Of a stretch of DNA of 64,000 bases, positions 1 through 12,002 are shown piece by piece. The stretch lies in NCBI GenBank assembly GCA_951406725.2, contig OX597819.1:47554001-47618000 (forward strand). The letters run 5' to 3'. A program made the position numbers and the translations under genes. The DNA comes from Octopus vulgaris. Lineage: Eukaryota. A model generated the notes under the pieces. That model saw only the letters and a list, made by a program, of their open reading frames with translations, made no database searches and had not been told where the DNA came from. The stretch's first letter is position 1; each line of letters starts with the position of its first letter.

Positions 1-404
1 AGCTTAGTTTGGAAAGATGGACTTCAACTAAAAGGCTCAAAAATTCACATTGTGAGTACCGAGTACTCAATAACAGAATATACCTAATAATAATGAGAGC
101 CAACAAACAAGTGGTATTGTTTGATACACAGTACTGTGTAATTAAAACAAATAAAAATTTAAAAAGAGGTATATAAAAGACTGATTGAAAAGTTATATGC
201 AACATATATGGGACACTTAGCAATGACAATGCCTTCATAGGAGGCTTATGAGGTATTTAATTAATCCTGATATGAAAGCATAACACTGGAGTTAGAAATT
301 GAAGGAAAATGTGGATAACTGTCACTTCTAATGGAAACAAAGCTTTCTCTACTATTTGAAGATACACTGACTGAAGAGGAAAGAAGAGGACCTGCAGTAA
401 TTGA

Positions 405-680
405 GGTAAAACTTGATTGTGATCAATCAAATATACAAAAAAATGATCAATCAAGATGTACAATATTGAATGTGACCAATCAGATGTACAAAACTCAGAA
501 TGATCAATCAGACATACAAACTGAGCATGGTCAATCAGATACACAAACTAAGCATGATCAATGATCAGTTCAAAGTAAAATATTGAGTGTGATCTGAAGT
601 GTAGGATCAATCTGATGTACAAAACTCCATGTAATCAATCACAAGTGCAAAATTGACTTATAAGATACATTAAGTGCAAA
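405..680. repeat. degenerate ~27-31 bp minisatellite
   Basis: Recurring TGATCAATCAGAT(G/A)CA(C)AAA units; these produce the repetitive ORFs 257..544 and 331..564. Confidence 0.75.
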
Positions 681-1157
681 TGAACTGACAATGTGGTTGA
701 CCCTCAAAGTCACTGCATGGTATATGCTAGCAAGGTAATAACGTTGGTTTGGACATGAAATGCAAAATATCAACAGTAGTCCATGATTGTCTACTTCTCT
801 TATAGTTACTGTCCAAGTAAAAGTTCAGAAGAAACAGTTACAACAGACTGGGTTTCGTAGAAAAGAATAACATTATACGTTTGAGTTACATGGAAAATTG
901 ATAAAAGACATGAAGAAGACATATGTAGATTGAATATAAGGCAATGGGAAGCTTCTAGAAATAGCAACTCAATTTCCTTAGAATTATCTGGTGTCATCTT
1001 AGGACACAGTGGGTAATATACTCTACATACCACTAGATAAATGGGTCAGTCATAGCAAGAATGCCTTTGAGCAGGAGTCTGCATAATCAGGATTGACCGG
1101 AGGCTAAACAACAGTAATAATAGATACAAAAACGAAGTAAAAGTTTACATCATAAGG

Positions 1158-1454
1158 ATTTGGAAACTTTGAGAAATATGAAATAAATCATTTTTAATGG
1201 TAGGGGGAGGAACTCAAAGTAAATAATAGCATGTTAATATTAGGTTAAAAGTCCCTTGGAATAAAAATGGTGAAGACAGTCCATTGGATTCAAACCCACA
1301 GCTTCTGTAAACATGACAGGCATTTTACTATTGTACCAAAGTAATCCCACAACATTCTTCATTCATTTTAGAAGCTTTGTTCTTACTGCAAGAATTATAT
1401 GAATTTTATGTAATAAGAATTTGGTAACTTAGAAATATGAAATAAATCATTTTT
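1158..1454 (-). mobile_element. tRNA-like (Pol III head) unit bounded by 24-bp direct repeats
   Basis: AGAAATATGAAATAAATCATTTTT at 1172 and 1431; minus strand 1276-1342 has A-box-like TGGTACAATAGTA and B-box-like GGTTTGAATCC. Confidence 0.45.
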
Positions 1455-1549
1455 TACATTGGACAACGTAATCCTAGATATATAAAATTTTTGGCACAAT
1501 ACCAAAGGTCTCGATCATTTATCATTGCTACTGTAATACCTCTGTTAGG

Positions 1550-1855
1550 CCTCATGGAGGCAATGGTAAGTGACCAAGACCTTTGGTGATATGCTGTGTT
1601 TGAGAAGACCAGTCAAGCCAAGCAAAATCATAGTCACGGCCAATGCCAGTATCTCATAACTGGAACTTGTGCCAGTGGCATATAAAAAGCACCCATTACA
1701 CCCTCGGAGTGGATGGCATTAGGAAGGGCATCCAGCAGTAGAAACTATGCCAAATCAAGTTTGAACCTGGTGTAGTCCTACAGCTTACCAGTTTCAGTCA
1801 AACCGTTTAATCCATGCCAGCTTGGAAAGCAGACGCTAAATGATGATGATGATAA
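1550..1855 (+). mobile_element. RTE LINE 3' end/UTR (family B)
   Basis: Matches the 3' region of RT-bearing copies at 15757-16765 and 26128-26975; ends in (GAT)n tail. Confidence 0.8.
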
Positions 1856-2460
1856 TGTGAGAGTCTATATACAGTTGTTTGACTTGCCAGAAACAGTAGT
1901 CAAATCTATCTTCTACTGTGACAGCTTTGGAATTGTTTGAAATAGGGCCATCATATGAATGCTTTTACCATGACCAAGGTGCATTAGCAGATTTGAATCT
2001 TGCATTACAAAATAGTAAAACATCAGTTAGATTTGATTTGCAGTGTTCCCACACCTTACTGCTGCAATCTGTACCACACCATGGTACTATTCTCAAGTAG
2101 ATGGACTGAGCCACTGAAAGTTAAATATCTTTGCCATAAACCAATCTCAAAGCCATAATATATGCTGCTGATTCATTGCTGGTAGTCCATCATCCAACTG
2201 ACATGGCCAGCTGTAACTATCTACATAGTAATTCGAGTATGTCATTTAATATATCACACACAAATATGTACAAGCAAAACAAAACAAATGTTATTAAGTT
2301 AAAACAGAACATATGTTTATAATTATTAAGAAATTGAAGAAGTAGCTTTAGACATTAACTTTCCTTTCACTTTCCAAACTGGATACTTTGTACATATTTT
2401 AACAGTATGGGAATCAACCATAAGATAACTACAGGATATTGGAAATCAGTATAGGCACAG

Positions 2461-2591
2461 ATGTACGTCTAACAATTTGTGAGTCTATGTGCAGGAGTAT
2501 TTATATGTTTACACATATGCAGACAGGCTCACGAGTTGTTAATGTACATCTTTATATTGGTATACACACAAATACACACATACATCCACAT
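2461..2591 (+). repeat. ~130-bp local direct duplication of 3626-3756
   Basis: Near-identical sequence ATGTACGTCTAACAATTTG...CATCCACAT; one mismatch seen. Confidence 0.9.
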
Positions 2592-3234
2592 ACTAATACA
2601 TACTATCCCTAAGAAATAATAATACAGCTAATGTAAAAATAGTTTAACAGTAAAATACATTTAAAAACATAATGAAATACATATCAACATAGATGCTTTC
2701 CATGGTTTAATGAAGGCTAACATTGTATATGTGCATGCATGTGCATTTTTCTGTGTGTGTGTGTGTGTGTGTGTGCAAGAAATGGAAAAAAAAAGTGGCA
2801 AGGAAAAGTACTTCAGGGGAAGATTTTATGGCTAAATGACAAACATGTCATATCAAGGAAGGAAATATACAATGTGTGTGCGTGTGCATGCTTGTGTGTG
2901 TGAGTGTATGTGTGTGTGTGTGGAGAAGCAGTAATAAAAGAGATAAGGTATTCAGAATATTTAAGAAGCCCATGAGAACAAGTTAAAGGGTCATCAGTGA
3001 AACAGATGTACATATGTCTGAAATAACATAGGGCATGCTTGCACTGAGTGACTCTGAAACTACAAAAAAAACTTATAAACATATGAAATTTCAAGCTAAC
3101 AAATGAGTCTCTGTACAGTTGTTCAACCTGCTAGAAATTACAGCCAAATCTCCCTCAAATCAAAACCTACTGCTTTCTTTTGAAAAAAGGAAGTACATCT
3201 TGAGAAATGTTGCCTTAGATATATATATATATAC

Positions 3235-3283
<49 letters not shown>

Positions 3284-3624
3284 GTGTGTGTGCGTGTGTG
3301 TGTGTGTATATATATATATGTATATATATAACCCATGCTAGCATGGAAAGTGGACGCTAAACGATGATGATGATATATATATATATATATATAAGGGGTA
3401 TGGTACTGGTTGCTACATCTTAAATCATAGTTCTTGTTCACTCAGGATTAACTTGGGGGTTAAGCATCAACAACATAAAACTTATAGATAGATAGCTATT
3501 TCATGAGTATAGCTTAATACAGAGGGAAAACATTTGGAGGTTGAGGATTATCACTCTCTTCTTGTCTGCTAAACAACATCATGAACGATTCAGTAAGCCA
3601 ACGGCTACCAAGTGCAGCACTTAC

Positions 3625-3817
3625 CATGTACGTCTAACAATTTGTGAGTCTATGTGCAGGAGCATTTATATGTTTACACATATGCAGACAGGCTCACGAG
3701 TTGTTAATGTACATCTTTATATTGGTATACACACAAATACACACATACATCCACATGTGTGCAGGTTTGACCTGAACTTATAAAGCTTTATTACATGCAG
3801 CTTTCCATTGCTTTTAT
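3625..3817 (-). other. candidate spliced exon (non-coding or stop-containing)
   Basis: Minus-strand acceptor tgtctgtctcactgcag| and donor ATG|gtaagt; all three frames contain stops. Confidence 0.35.
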
Positions 3818-4036
3818 CTGCAGTGAGACAGACAAACATAAGTACAGATGTAAAATACTTCAATGGTGAAACATGGTACATAATAGGTGTGCATATAAAA
3901 CACCTTAAATGCAGAAATTCTCAAAAAATAACTTGCTCAACACTTTTGATACTAACTAAACTAAAATCTCTTCTAATTCTCTTGTAAATTTATGGAAGTA
4001 CCTTCTGAGAAGTTAGGTTGCAAATATCCATAACAT

Positions 4037-4259
4037 CAGTATTTCTCGACCATTTTTCATCTATAGACCTCTTTGATTCTACTGGACTCCCACAGCCATT
4101 CAATGTTTAAAAAAAAACCCTATTGTATTTTTAATTAAATATTATTAAGAATTGTATAAAAATAACTATTAAAATATTTTGCTTATGTAGAAATACAATC
4201 AATTTTATTGCACAAAAGTTTTAACAAAATCTTATATGGACCCCTGTTGAGAACTACTG
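4037..4259. mobile_element. hAT-type MITE
   Basis: Imperfect TIRs CAGTATTTCTCGACC / GTTGAGAACTACTG. Confidence 0.6.
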
Positions 4260-4614
4260 CACTACATAATGAAAGAGTAATTAAATCTTGACTAAATTCC
4301 CCCAAATTTAGGTTATTTTTTTGAAATTAATTGAAAAACAGTGCTTTTCATTAGAAATATATGCCTAAAAGAGTTAAAAGTTATGAGAATAAGCTTGAAC
4401 ATTTTTCCCTCAGTATTAATAATAATTTTTTAAAAATTGCAGGTAAACAAATCAAAATATTTCTAATTAACACCAATAGAGCTAATTGCAAAAACTATCA
4501 TTTGTAACCAAAGCAATTTGTAAACATGAGTTTGGAAAGTCTAATGCAATTGTAAAATAACAGAAGAGCAACTGCTTGATAAATTTATTTTATTATATAT
4601 TGTTGTGTTTTTGT

Positions 4615-4830
4615 TGCTGTTAAGCCCTAAGTAGGCACTCAATGAACAGACCTGTATAGTCAAAAGCATTCCAGACATGATCATCTAAACTTTATTTCAG
4701 GCAATGTATTTAAGATTATGTAATCCAATGTGTTCATACATTTTTATTGAAAATGGTATGATATGATTTTAGGGATATTTAGCAGTCATTACTAGCAAAT
4801 GGAACAACCACTTAGAGATTCCCTTATTGA
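4615..4830 (+). repeat. old dispersed repeat (fragments also near 1880, 3130, 12420, 22590, 22970-23165, 37090, 40050, 41700, 43140, 43600)
   Basis: Recurring degenerate motifs tttagccccaggtc..., aggcattccagccatgacc, gatttggctgctatttctagca. Confidence 0.6.
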
Positions 4831-5010
4831 GCTGTAATTAGGTATTCTATACCTGAAGGTGTTGCTATCTTTAATACCTAGTGTATCAATTAATTAATAT
4901 AGTTGTTTAGAAATACCAGAAAGAAAGGCAGAGATTGATAGCAAGTTTTCTAAAGGGCAAAACGAAGATGAGTAGGAGCAGTGCTCCAGCATTTGTTATG
5001 ATTGGGCACC

Positions 5011-5058
<48 letters not shown>

Positions 5059-5159
5059 TCATAATAATAACAATATTAGGGAGTAAATCCAAACTTACAG
5101 GGAAAAATTAGATTTAGGATTAAATCTAATTTTACAGTATAAATATATATATATATATT

Positions 5160-5370
5160 GTGTGTGTATATATATGTGTGTGTGTGTGTGACTTTGTGTC
5201 TGTGTTTGTCCCTCCACCATCACTTGACAACTGATGCTGGTGTGTTTAAATCCCCAAAACTTAGCAGTTCGACAAAGGAGACCAATAGAATAAGTACCAG
5301 GCTTCCAATGAATAAGTCCTGGGCTTGATTTATTTGACTAAAGGCGGTGCTCCAGCATGGCCACAGTCAA
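5160..5370 (+). mobile_element. SINE family A 3' half
   Basis: Matches 3' half of full copies at 7182 and 59649; shares diagnostic variants with the copy at 6320-6535. Confidence 0.85.
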
Positions 5371-5870
5371 ATCAAATCAAACCAAATAAAAATAGATGAA
5401 CATCAATGGAATTTGTATCCTTGTGGGTGGCACATAAGAAAACCATCCGAACGTGACCGTAGCCAGTACCGCATCGACTGGCCTCCGTGCTGTGTGCACG
5501 TAACAAACAACATCCGAGCGTGGCCGTTCGCCAGCCTCGTCTGGTACCTGTGTCGGTGGCACATAAGAAAAACACCATCTGAGCGTGGCCGTCTGCTAGC
5601 CTCGTCTGGCACCTGTGTCGGTGGCACATAAGAACACCATCCGAGCGTGGCCGTCTGCCAGCCTCGTCTGGCACCTGTGTCGGTGGCACATAAAATCACC
5701 CACTACACTCTCAGAGTGGTTGGCGTTAGGAAGGGCATCCAGCTGTAGAAACACTGCCAGATCTGACTGGCCTGGTGCAGCCTTCGAGCTTGCCAGACCT
5801 CAGTTGAACCATCCAACCCATGCTAGCATGGAAAGCGGACGTTAAACGATGATGATGATGATGATGATGA
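5371..5870 (+). mobile_element. RTE LINE 3' UTR (family B) with internal ~62-65 bp tandem repeats
   Basis: GTGGCACATAAG units at 5427, 5556, 5621, 5683, then the conserved ...GGAAGGGCATCCAGCTGTAG...GGACGTTAAACG(ATG)n end. Confidence 0.85.
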
Positions 5871-5897
5871 TTAAATTAGAGATAAAACCACTATTAA

Positions 5898-6117
5898 CCC
5901 TTTCGTTACTGTATTTATTTTGAGATGCTCTGTGTTTCTTTCAATTAATTTAAATATAACAAAGAATTTAGTAAAATAACTTAGTTATCATTAAACTAGT
6001 GTTAGGAACGTAAATTGTGACTAAGGCTTGGTGGAATATTTTAATTCAAAACTTATGAAAACAAGACATTTTACCACAGAGCCAGAGCCGGTTTTGGCCG
6101 GGTTAGTAACAAAAGGG
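5898..6117. mobile_element. piggyBac-type MITE
   Basis: TTAA flanks and TIRs CCCTTTCGTTACT / AGTAACAAAAGGG. Confidence 0.8.
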
Positions 6118-6177
6118 TTAAGCAAATCAAACAGTGAAAAACATAAACCAAAAACATAGATATACATATATATAAAG

Positions 6178-6567
6178 TGCAGGAGTGGGTGGGTGTGTAG
6201 TAAGAAGCTTGCTTCCCAACCACATGGTTTCGGATTCAGTCCCACTGCATGGCACCTCAGGCCGACGAAACCCTTGTGAGTGGATTTGGTAGACGGAAAC
6301 TGAAAGAAGCCCATTGTGTGTGTGTGTGTGTATATATATGTGTGTGTGTGTGACTTTGTGTCTGTGTTTGTCCCCCCCCACCATCACTTGACAACTGATG
6401 CTGGTGTGTTTAAATCCCCAAAACTTAGCAGTTCGACAAAGGAGACCAATAGAATAAGTACCAGGCTTCCAATGAATAAGTCCTGGGCTTGATTTCTTTG
6501 ACTAAAGGCGGTGCTCCAGCATGGCCACAGTCAAATGACTGATGCAAGTGAAAGACTAAAAGTAAAG
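6178..6567 (+). mobile_element. SINE family A (tRNA-derived CORE-type)
   Basis: A/B-box-like head, internal (TG/TA)n, conserved 3' part ending AAGTAAAAGAG-like. Confidence 0.85.
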
Positions 6568-6568
6568 A

Positions 6569-6604
<36 letters not shown>

Positions 6605-6719
6605 TTCTATGTATGAGTAGAGTGTATGTATATATGTATGTGTGTATTCCTATTGAAATGAAGTAAACAGCAAGATATAACAAAGTGCTGCAGACCAAGA
6701 AAATACCAAATATCATCAT

Positions 6720-7150
6720 CGTCATCATCATCATCATCAACTTTTGAACATCTGTTCATTCATGCTGGTAAGGGTTAAACAGAACTTCCATATAGCATAT
6801 TGTAAATCATCACTGTCTTTAGTTATGTTTTCTGTAAGGCCCAGCATCCTGAGATCTAGTTTCATCACTTCCTTTGTTGTCTTCTTCCAAAAAACACCCA
6901 CATCCACATCTGCATGCACCAGCGGTGCAGAGCACTTTTTCTCACCTAGCTCTCTTACCCATTTGCATCACATTAACCTAGCTCTCTCATCAACCACTGC
7001 ATCACATTAATGCAGTTATTTCTATTGCGCACAACAGCTGATGCTTCTCATCTGTCGGGAGTTCAGTCTTTAATGCCAGCAAGTATTACACATACAGTGA
7101 ATCATTCTCACTACATTTTCCTCTAGATTCTAAGACATTCCACATTCACT
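6720..7150 (-). mobile_element. decayed RTE LINE 3' fragment
   Basis: ORF 6737..6919 (KKTTKEVMKLDLRMLGLTE) resembles family B RT C-terminus; (CAT)n tail on plus strand. Confidence 0.55.
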
Positions 7151-7181
7151 TCTACAAAATATTTATACAATTTTACCTATA

Positions 7182-7563
7182 GGCGCCAGAGTGGCTGTGT
7201 GGTAAGTAGCTTGCTTACAAACCACATGGTTCCGGGTTCAGTCCCACTGCGTGGCACCTTGGGCAAGTGTCTTTTACTATAGCCTCGGGCTGACTAAAGC
7301 CTTATGAGTGGATCTGGTAGATGGAAACTGAAAGAAGCCCATCGTATATATGTATATATATGTATATGTATGTGTGTGTATGTGTTTCTGTGTCTGTGTT
7401 CCCCCAACATCCCTTGACAACTGATGGTGGTGTGTTTACGTCCCTGTAACTTAGCGGTTCAGCAAAAGAGACCGATAGAATAAGTACTAGGGTCGATTTG
7501 CTCGACTAAAGGCGGTGCTCCAGCATGGCCGCAGTCAAATGACTGAAACAAGTAAAAGAGTAA
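7182..7563 (+). mobile_element. SINE family A, near full length (resembles Octopus OR-type CORE-SINEs)
   Basis: Head TGGCTGTGTGGTAAG...GGTTCAGTCCC; CORE-like GTGGCACCTTGGGCAAGTGTCTT; many copies in the window. Confidence 0.9.
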
Positions 7564-8864
7564 AGGAGTTCTAAACAAAACATCTCTTTGATCTTTGCCT
7601 TGTTAAGAAAGGTTAACATGGCTTTTGACTTGTAGATTATGCTTCCAGATTAGGAACTTTTTCTGAAAAAATCTTCAGCACATTGAACTTGAAACCATGT
7701 AGTTGTGAAGTAAACTACTTAACTATACAACCATGCTTGCATCCATTTACAGCTGAGTACTCACTGTACCCTTTAGTAATTGGTATGGTTTGAAGGAGTT
7801 TGAAGGCTATTATTTTTACCAGTTTAAGCAGCTACATAGAAGTGGCCTGGTTATGATAATATATCTAGAGTTGAAAGCACAGCAAATGAAAGCATATGCA
7901 GTATCTGGAGTTGATAGAAATTTTCTAAACAACCACCATAAACTGCAAAAGTGTCCTTATTGTGAGTGAAGCTACACACAAGCAAGAAATACGATATGAC
8001 AGTGAAACATGGACACTAAATACAATGTTGTGAAAGAAGAAGAATGAGATGACAAAAGTGTCGGATGTGAAACATTATTCCACAAGAAAGATTGAGTGCA
8101 AGAGAACTGAGAAAGCAAAACTAGGTACTAAGAGATTGGCCAACAAATATAATGAATGGGAGAGCAATTGATACATTAGTATGAACATAAAATGTGAATG
8201 GATGATATATGATAGGCATTTGCAGTGGGGTTACTTCCTTGAGGCATATAATATTGAAAATAAAACTAGGTAAAATTAAAAAGCCCAGTATGAAACTTTC
8301 CAAAAGTTGTAACATACATATATCTATATACATACATATATGTATACTTATAAATACACATACATACATATACTACACACACAGAGTCCAACCCATGCTA
8401 ATATGAAACATGGATGATATATGACGATGATGGTGATCTTACACACACATATACATCTTAATTACTCATTCACAATAATATAGCATATTCAGAGTATATA
8501 ACACAAAAAATACACACATATACATGCACAAAACTATTCCAACTTTCAGTTAGTATTTGAAATTCTTTTATCCAAAACTCTCAGTCTTTTTATTTAAAAA
8601 AAAAACTTCTTAAGAGGAATGTAACATACTGAAAACATTAAAAACAACATAATCATGTTTTCTACCTCCATGAACAAAAATGTTTCAAAGTTTTCTGGAA
8701 AAAAATCTTTATCTGGACCTTTGATAATATTTTCAATATCATTCTTGAACCCACTTAGCCATTTTGTCTGTGCATATATACACACATACTTACAGACACA
8801 GATATTTGCATATATAGACTTCTAGATCAATGAAGTCAGTCTAAAAGCTTCAATAAACAATTAC

Positions 8865-8944
8865 CAGTCTAAACAATTCTGTTCCACAACATCAAGGTTT
8901 TCATCTCAAGAAGAATTGTTCTCTTCCTTATGGTATGACTTATC
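8865..8944 (-). other. candidate exon
   Basis: Acceptor cttgtatttttag|, donor CTG|gtaatt; each frame has a stop (frame 0 DKSYHKEENNSS*DENLDVVEQNCLD). Confidence 0.25.
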
Positions 8945-9264
8945 CTAAAAATACAAGAATATTTCTATAGACGATTTTTTTTAAGGACAACAATTCTAAC
9001 ATTATTGAGTAGCTTCTCACACACATATACACATATATAAATGAATCTGAAAGTGTACACACTCACATTACATGCATACATGTTGCTGTATATGTAACTG
9101 CTCTTTCCCTCTCTTACAATATACATGCAAGTGTGTAGTCTCTCTTTCCCTCTCATATAATATACATACATGTGTTGATGACTGCATGTATACATTGTCC
9201 ACATATAAAGTCTATACTGCCTACTAGATATACATCTTACATATGATTATAGAAACTCAGTTAC

Positions 9265-9349
9265 CACAAGAATAATACAACTCCAGACAGCAACTAAAAA
9301 TAAAAGTTTTGAAAAATCCCTTTCCATTGTTGTCATCATGAAAAATATT
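9265..9349 (-). CDS. candidate internal exon, phase-compatible with exon 21550-21626
   Basis: Acceptor tttttctgctcag|, donor GTG|gtaact; open as (R)IFFMMTTMERDFSKLLFLVAVWSCIILV. Confidence 0.3.
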
Positions 9350-10231
9350 CTGAGCAGAAAAATAATAGGAGAGAATTTCCAAGAATCAAAATGCTTAGAA
9401 GTCAACTTGGCAAAGACCAAATAGTAATGAAGATACAAAAAAAAAAGACAAAAAAAAAAAAGAAAGAAATTAAAAAATTACTGAGAGCTACAATTGCTTG
9501 ATTTATAGGAAGTGACTTAGTATGAACTCAATATTATGAACTCAGTGCAAGGATACAAAAAGTGAAGTGAAATCTCTAACACACTTATTAGAAACGAAGA
9601 CTTCAGAAGTACTTGATCAGTGGTTCTTAACCTGGCCCTCACCCTGTGAGTGCTATAGAGGGAATTGGATGTTTTGAGGGTTGTGGTCTTTGGGGCTTTT
9701 TTCTAAGAAATAATGTTTAAACCAAGTATGAGACATATTCTAAACACACTTTAAAAAATATTTTTGTTAGGATTAGAATATGAGTAGAACACTATGTTAT
9801 TAGTAAGCAGAAAACATGACTAAGAGCCAATGTAACTCAATGTATTTAATCTTCACCCTGTCTTAATTTCCATAAAAATTTCACTGAGGGTTGCTAATTC
9901 ATGCAAATATCTATAAAGTGTCACACACAGAATGGCATAGGCTAGGATAATAAATTATGGATGATAGACCACTGTGCAATAGTAGCTTTGGTATGGTTAA
10001 AATAATCTGCAGATTTGCTTTTTGTTGCAAAACATATGAAAGATGTATTTGTAAAATGTCATTCAATGAAAGGGAGCTCTGTGTTACAAACAGATGAGAA
10101 CTGTTATACTACATGTACAGAATGTGACAGGAGAAGAGGAACTAAGAAATGATGTTTCTGAACAACCCAAATTAACTGATAGATGTAGAAAATAGTTTTT
10201 GTTACCTAGGTTATTTTATTAGTTGTGTGGT

Positions 10232-10552
10232 GAAAGTGCATGGCTTAGTGGTTAGGGTATTCAGCTCACAATCCTAAGGTTGTGTGTTCGATTCCTGGCA
10301 GCACATTGTCCTTGAGCAAGACACTTTATTTTCATGCTATTCCAGTCCACTCAGCTGGCAAAAATGGGTAATACCTGTATTTTAAAGGGCCAGCCATATC
10401 ACATTCTGTGCCACGCTGAATCTCTCTGAGAACCATCTTAAAGATACATGTGTCTGTGGAAAGCTCAGCTACATGCACATTAATTTGACAAGCAGGCTAT
10501 TCTGTTGACCAGATCAACTGGAACTCTTGTCGTCATAACCAATGGAGTGCTG
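10232..10552 (+). mobile_element. SINE family E (tRNA head + CORE-like)
   Basis: TGGCTTAGTGGTTAG A box, GTTCGATTCC B box, TCCTTGAGCAAGACACTT core; partial relative at ~41990-42310. Confidence 0.85.
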
Positions 10553-10779
10553 TTTACTAGTCATGTGGGTGGATGTAATGCAGGAATAGTAGCTAAAGTA
10601 TAAACAGGGTAGAAGTGGTTCAAGGAGTTGTAAACTATGTCATCTATAAAAATGATATATGGTTTATTGATGTGATCTGTGTGCAATCTGTAGTGATGCA
10701 AAGAGTACTGTTTTGTATTCTTTGTTATTTCACAGAGAGAGAGAGATTGGGAAAACAAGCAGGATAGCTTAATAAAATA

Positions 10780-11140
10780 TTCTTTGTACACAAATGCTGT
10801 TTCTAACCAAATGTTGTGCCCAAGAATTCTCAGGTGTGTTCATGCATCAATTTCCTATGTATTCTATATTTGTTGTGATGGTTGAATGCTGTAGAGATAT
10901 TGTAGATAATTCCAGCAAATTTTTCTTCAGTGTGTGTGTGTGTGTTTTATTGTATAATATTTGGTCATAGTGATGTTCTTTGTTGTTACTTGTAGGAATG
11001 GAGATTGTGGATTTGGCAGATGATACAGAGCTGAGAAAAATAATAATTTACCACTGCAGAACCATTCAGTCCAGATTATGAAAAAAGAATGGCTGTGGTA
11101 TGACTGTAAAACAATCATTATACATGATATGTCTAATAAT
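10780..11140 (-). mobile_element. R4/Dong-like LINE C-terminal relic
   Basis: Minus strand shows fragments resembling the terminal LLGT..I.R motif and zinc-knuckle region; heavily decayed. Confidence 0.4.
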
Positions 11141-11239
11141 CTTTGACAATTTCTTTTAGAACCTCACATAACCAACTTAGAAAAAGAAAAGACAAATGTA
11201 TCAAGAAGTATCAATTGTTAATTATGGCAGGAAAGTCTA

Positions 11240-11660
11240 GAAGGAGTAGAACCAGGAAGATGTGGGATGAAATGGTGAGAAAGGATCTTCAGACAGGACA
11301 CTGGGCCTCACAGAGGAGATGACAAGGGACCAAGATTTCTGGCAGTTTGCTGTGCTTGAGAAGACATGTCAAGCTAAGTAAAATCATGGCTTTCCATGCA
11401 TACAGGCATGTCCTCTACATCCCTCTCTCAGCCAATAAACCCTGGCCTTACAGGCTCGTGGGTGTTGGTGCCATGTAAAAGCACTAATACTAGTGCCGTG
11501 TAGAAGTACTCAATATACACTGCAAAGTGGTTGGCATTAGGAAAAGCATCCAACTGTAGAAACCATGCCCAAACAGACAAATTGGAGTCTGGGCAGCTCC
11601 TGTCGAACCTTCCAACCCAAGACAGCATGGAGAACAGACATTAAATGATGATGATGATGA
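11240..11660 (+). mobile_element. RTE family B 3' fragment
   Basis: CCAGGAAGA-TGGGATGA...GGGCCTCACAGAGG and 3' UTR ending (GAT)n. Confidence 0.75.
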
Positions 11661-11739
11661 TTTGTAGTTCGCTTAACAAGACATACTCTCCACAACAGAA
11701 TACTGCATACATACAAGAAATGGTGTATCTGTGGATCTC

Positions 11740-12002
11740 ATTTACTGGTCATTCCTGTCTCAAGTCTTAGGACACATAGAGCTGGTTACCCAAATTCCAT
11801 GGTGTATAAGTTACTGAGATTACAACATTGCCCTTAAATGGAAAACCAGTCCGTTCCAGGGTTACTAGTTTACAGCTGAGTGAACCAGAGCAACACAAAG
11901 TGTTTTATTCAAGAACACAACACACCACCTGGTGTGGGAGTCAAAAATCATGGTCTTGTGATCATGACTGCAACACCCTAATCACCAGGCTATCCACCTT
12001 CA
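11740..12002 (-). mobile_element. decayed tRNA-derived SINE
   Basis: Reverse complement of head (CCCTAATCACCAGGCTA) and core (CAAGAACACAACAC) as in families D/E. Confidence 0.55.

Noticed and set aside
60-330. Possible Gypsy integrase zinc-finger relic (LIEKLYATYMGH)
   Set aside because: Similarity too short and degenerate to support
5427-5700. CRISPR-like repeat array
   Set aside because: Whole units repeat with no unique spacers, they lie inside a LINE 3' UTR, the genome is eukaryotic and there are no cas genes
7182-7260. tRNA genes at SINE heads (also 10232, 19552, 25244, 34850, 59649)
   Set aside because: A/B boxes run straight into SINE bodies; no full cloverleaf or oligo-T terminator
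8666-8767. Possible exon TKWLSGFKNDIENIIKGPDKDFFPENFETFLFME
   Set aside because: Acceptor lacks a pyrimidine tract and the donor (GAG|gtagaa) is weak; no recognisable homology
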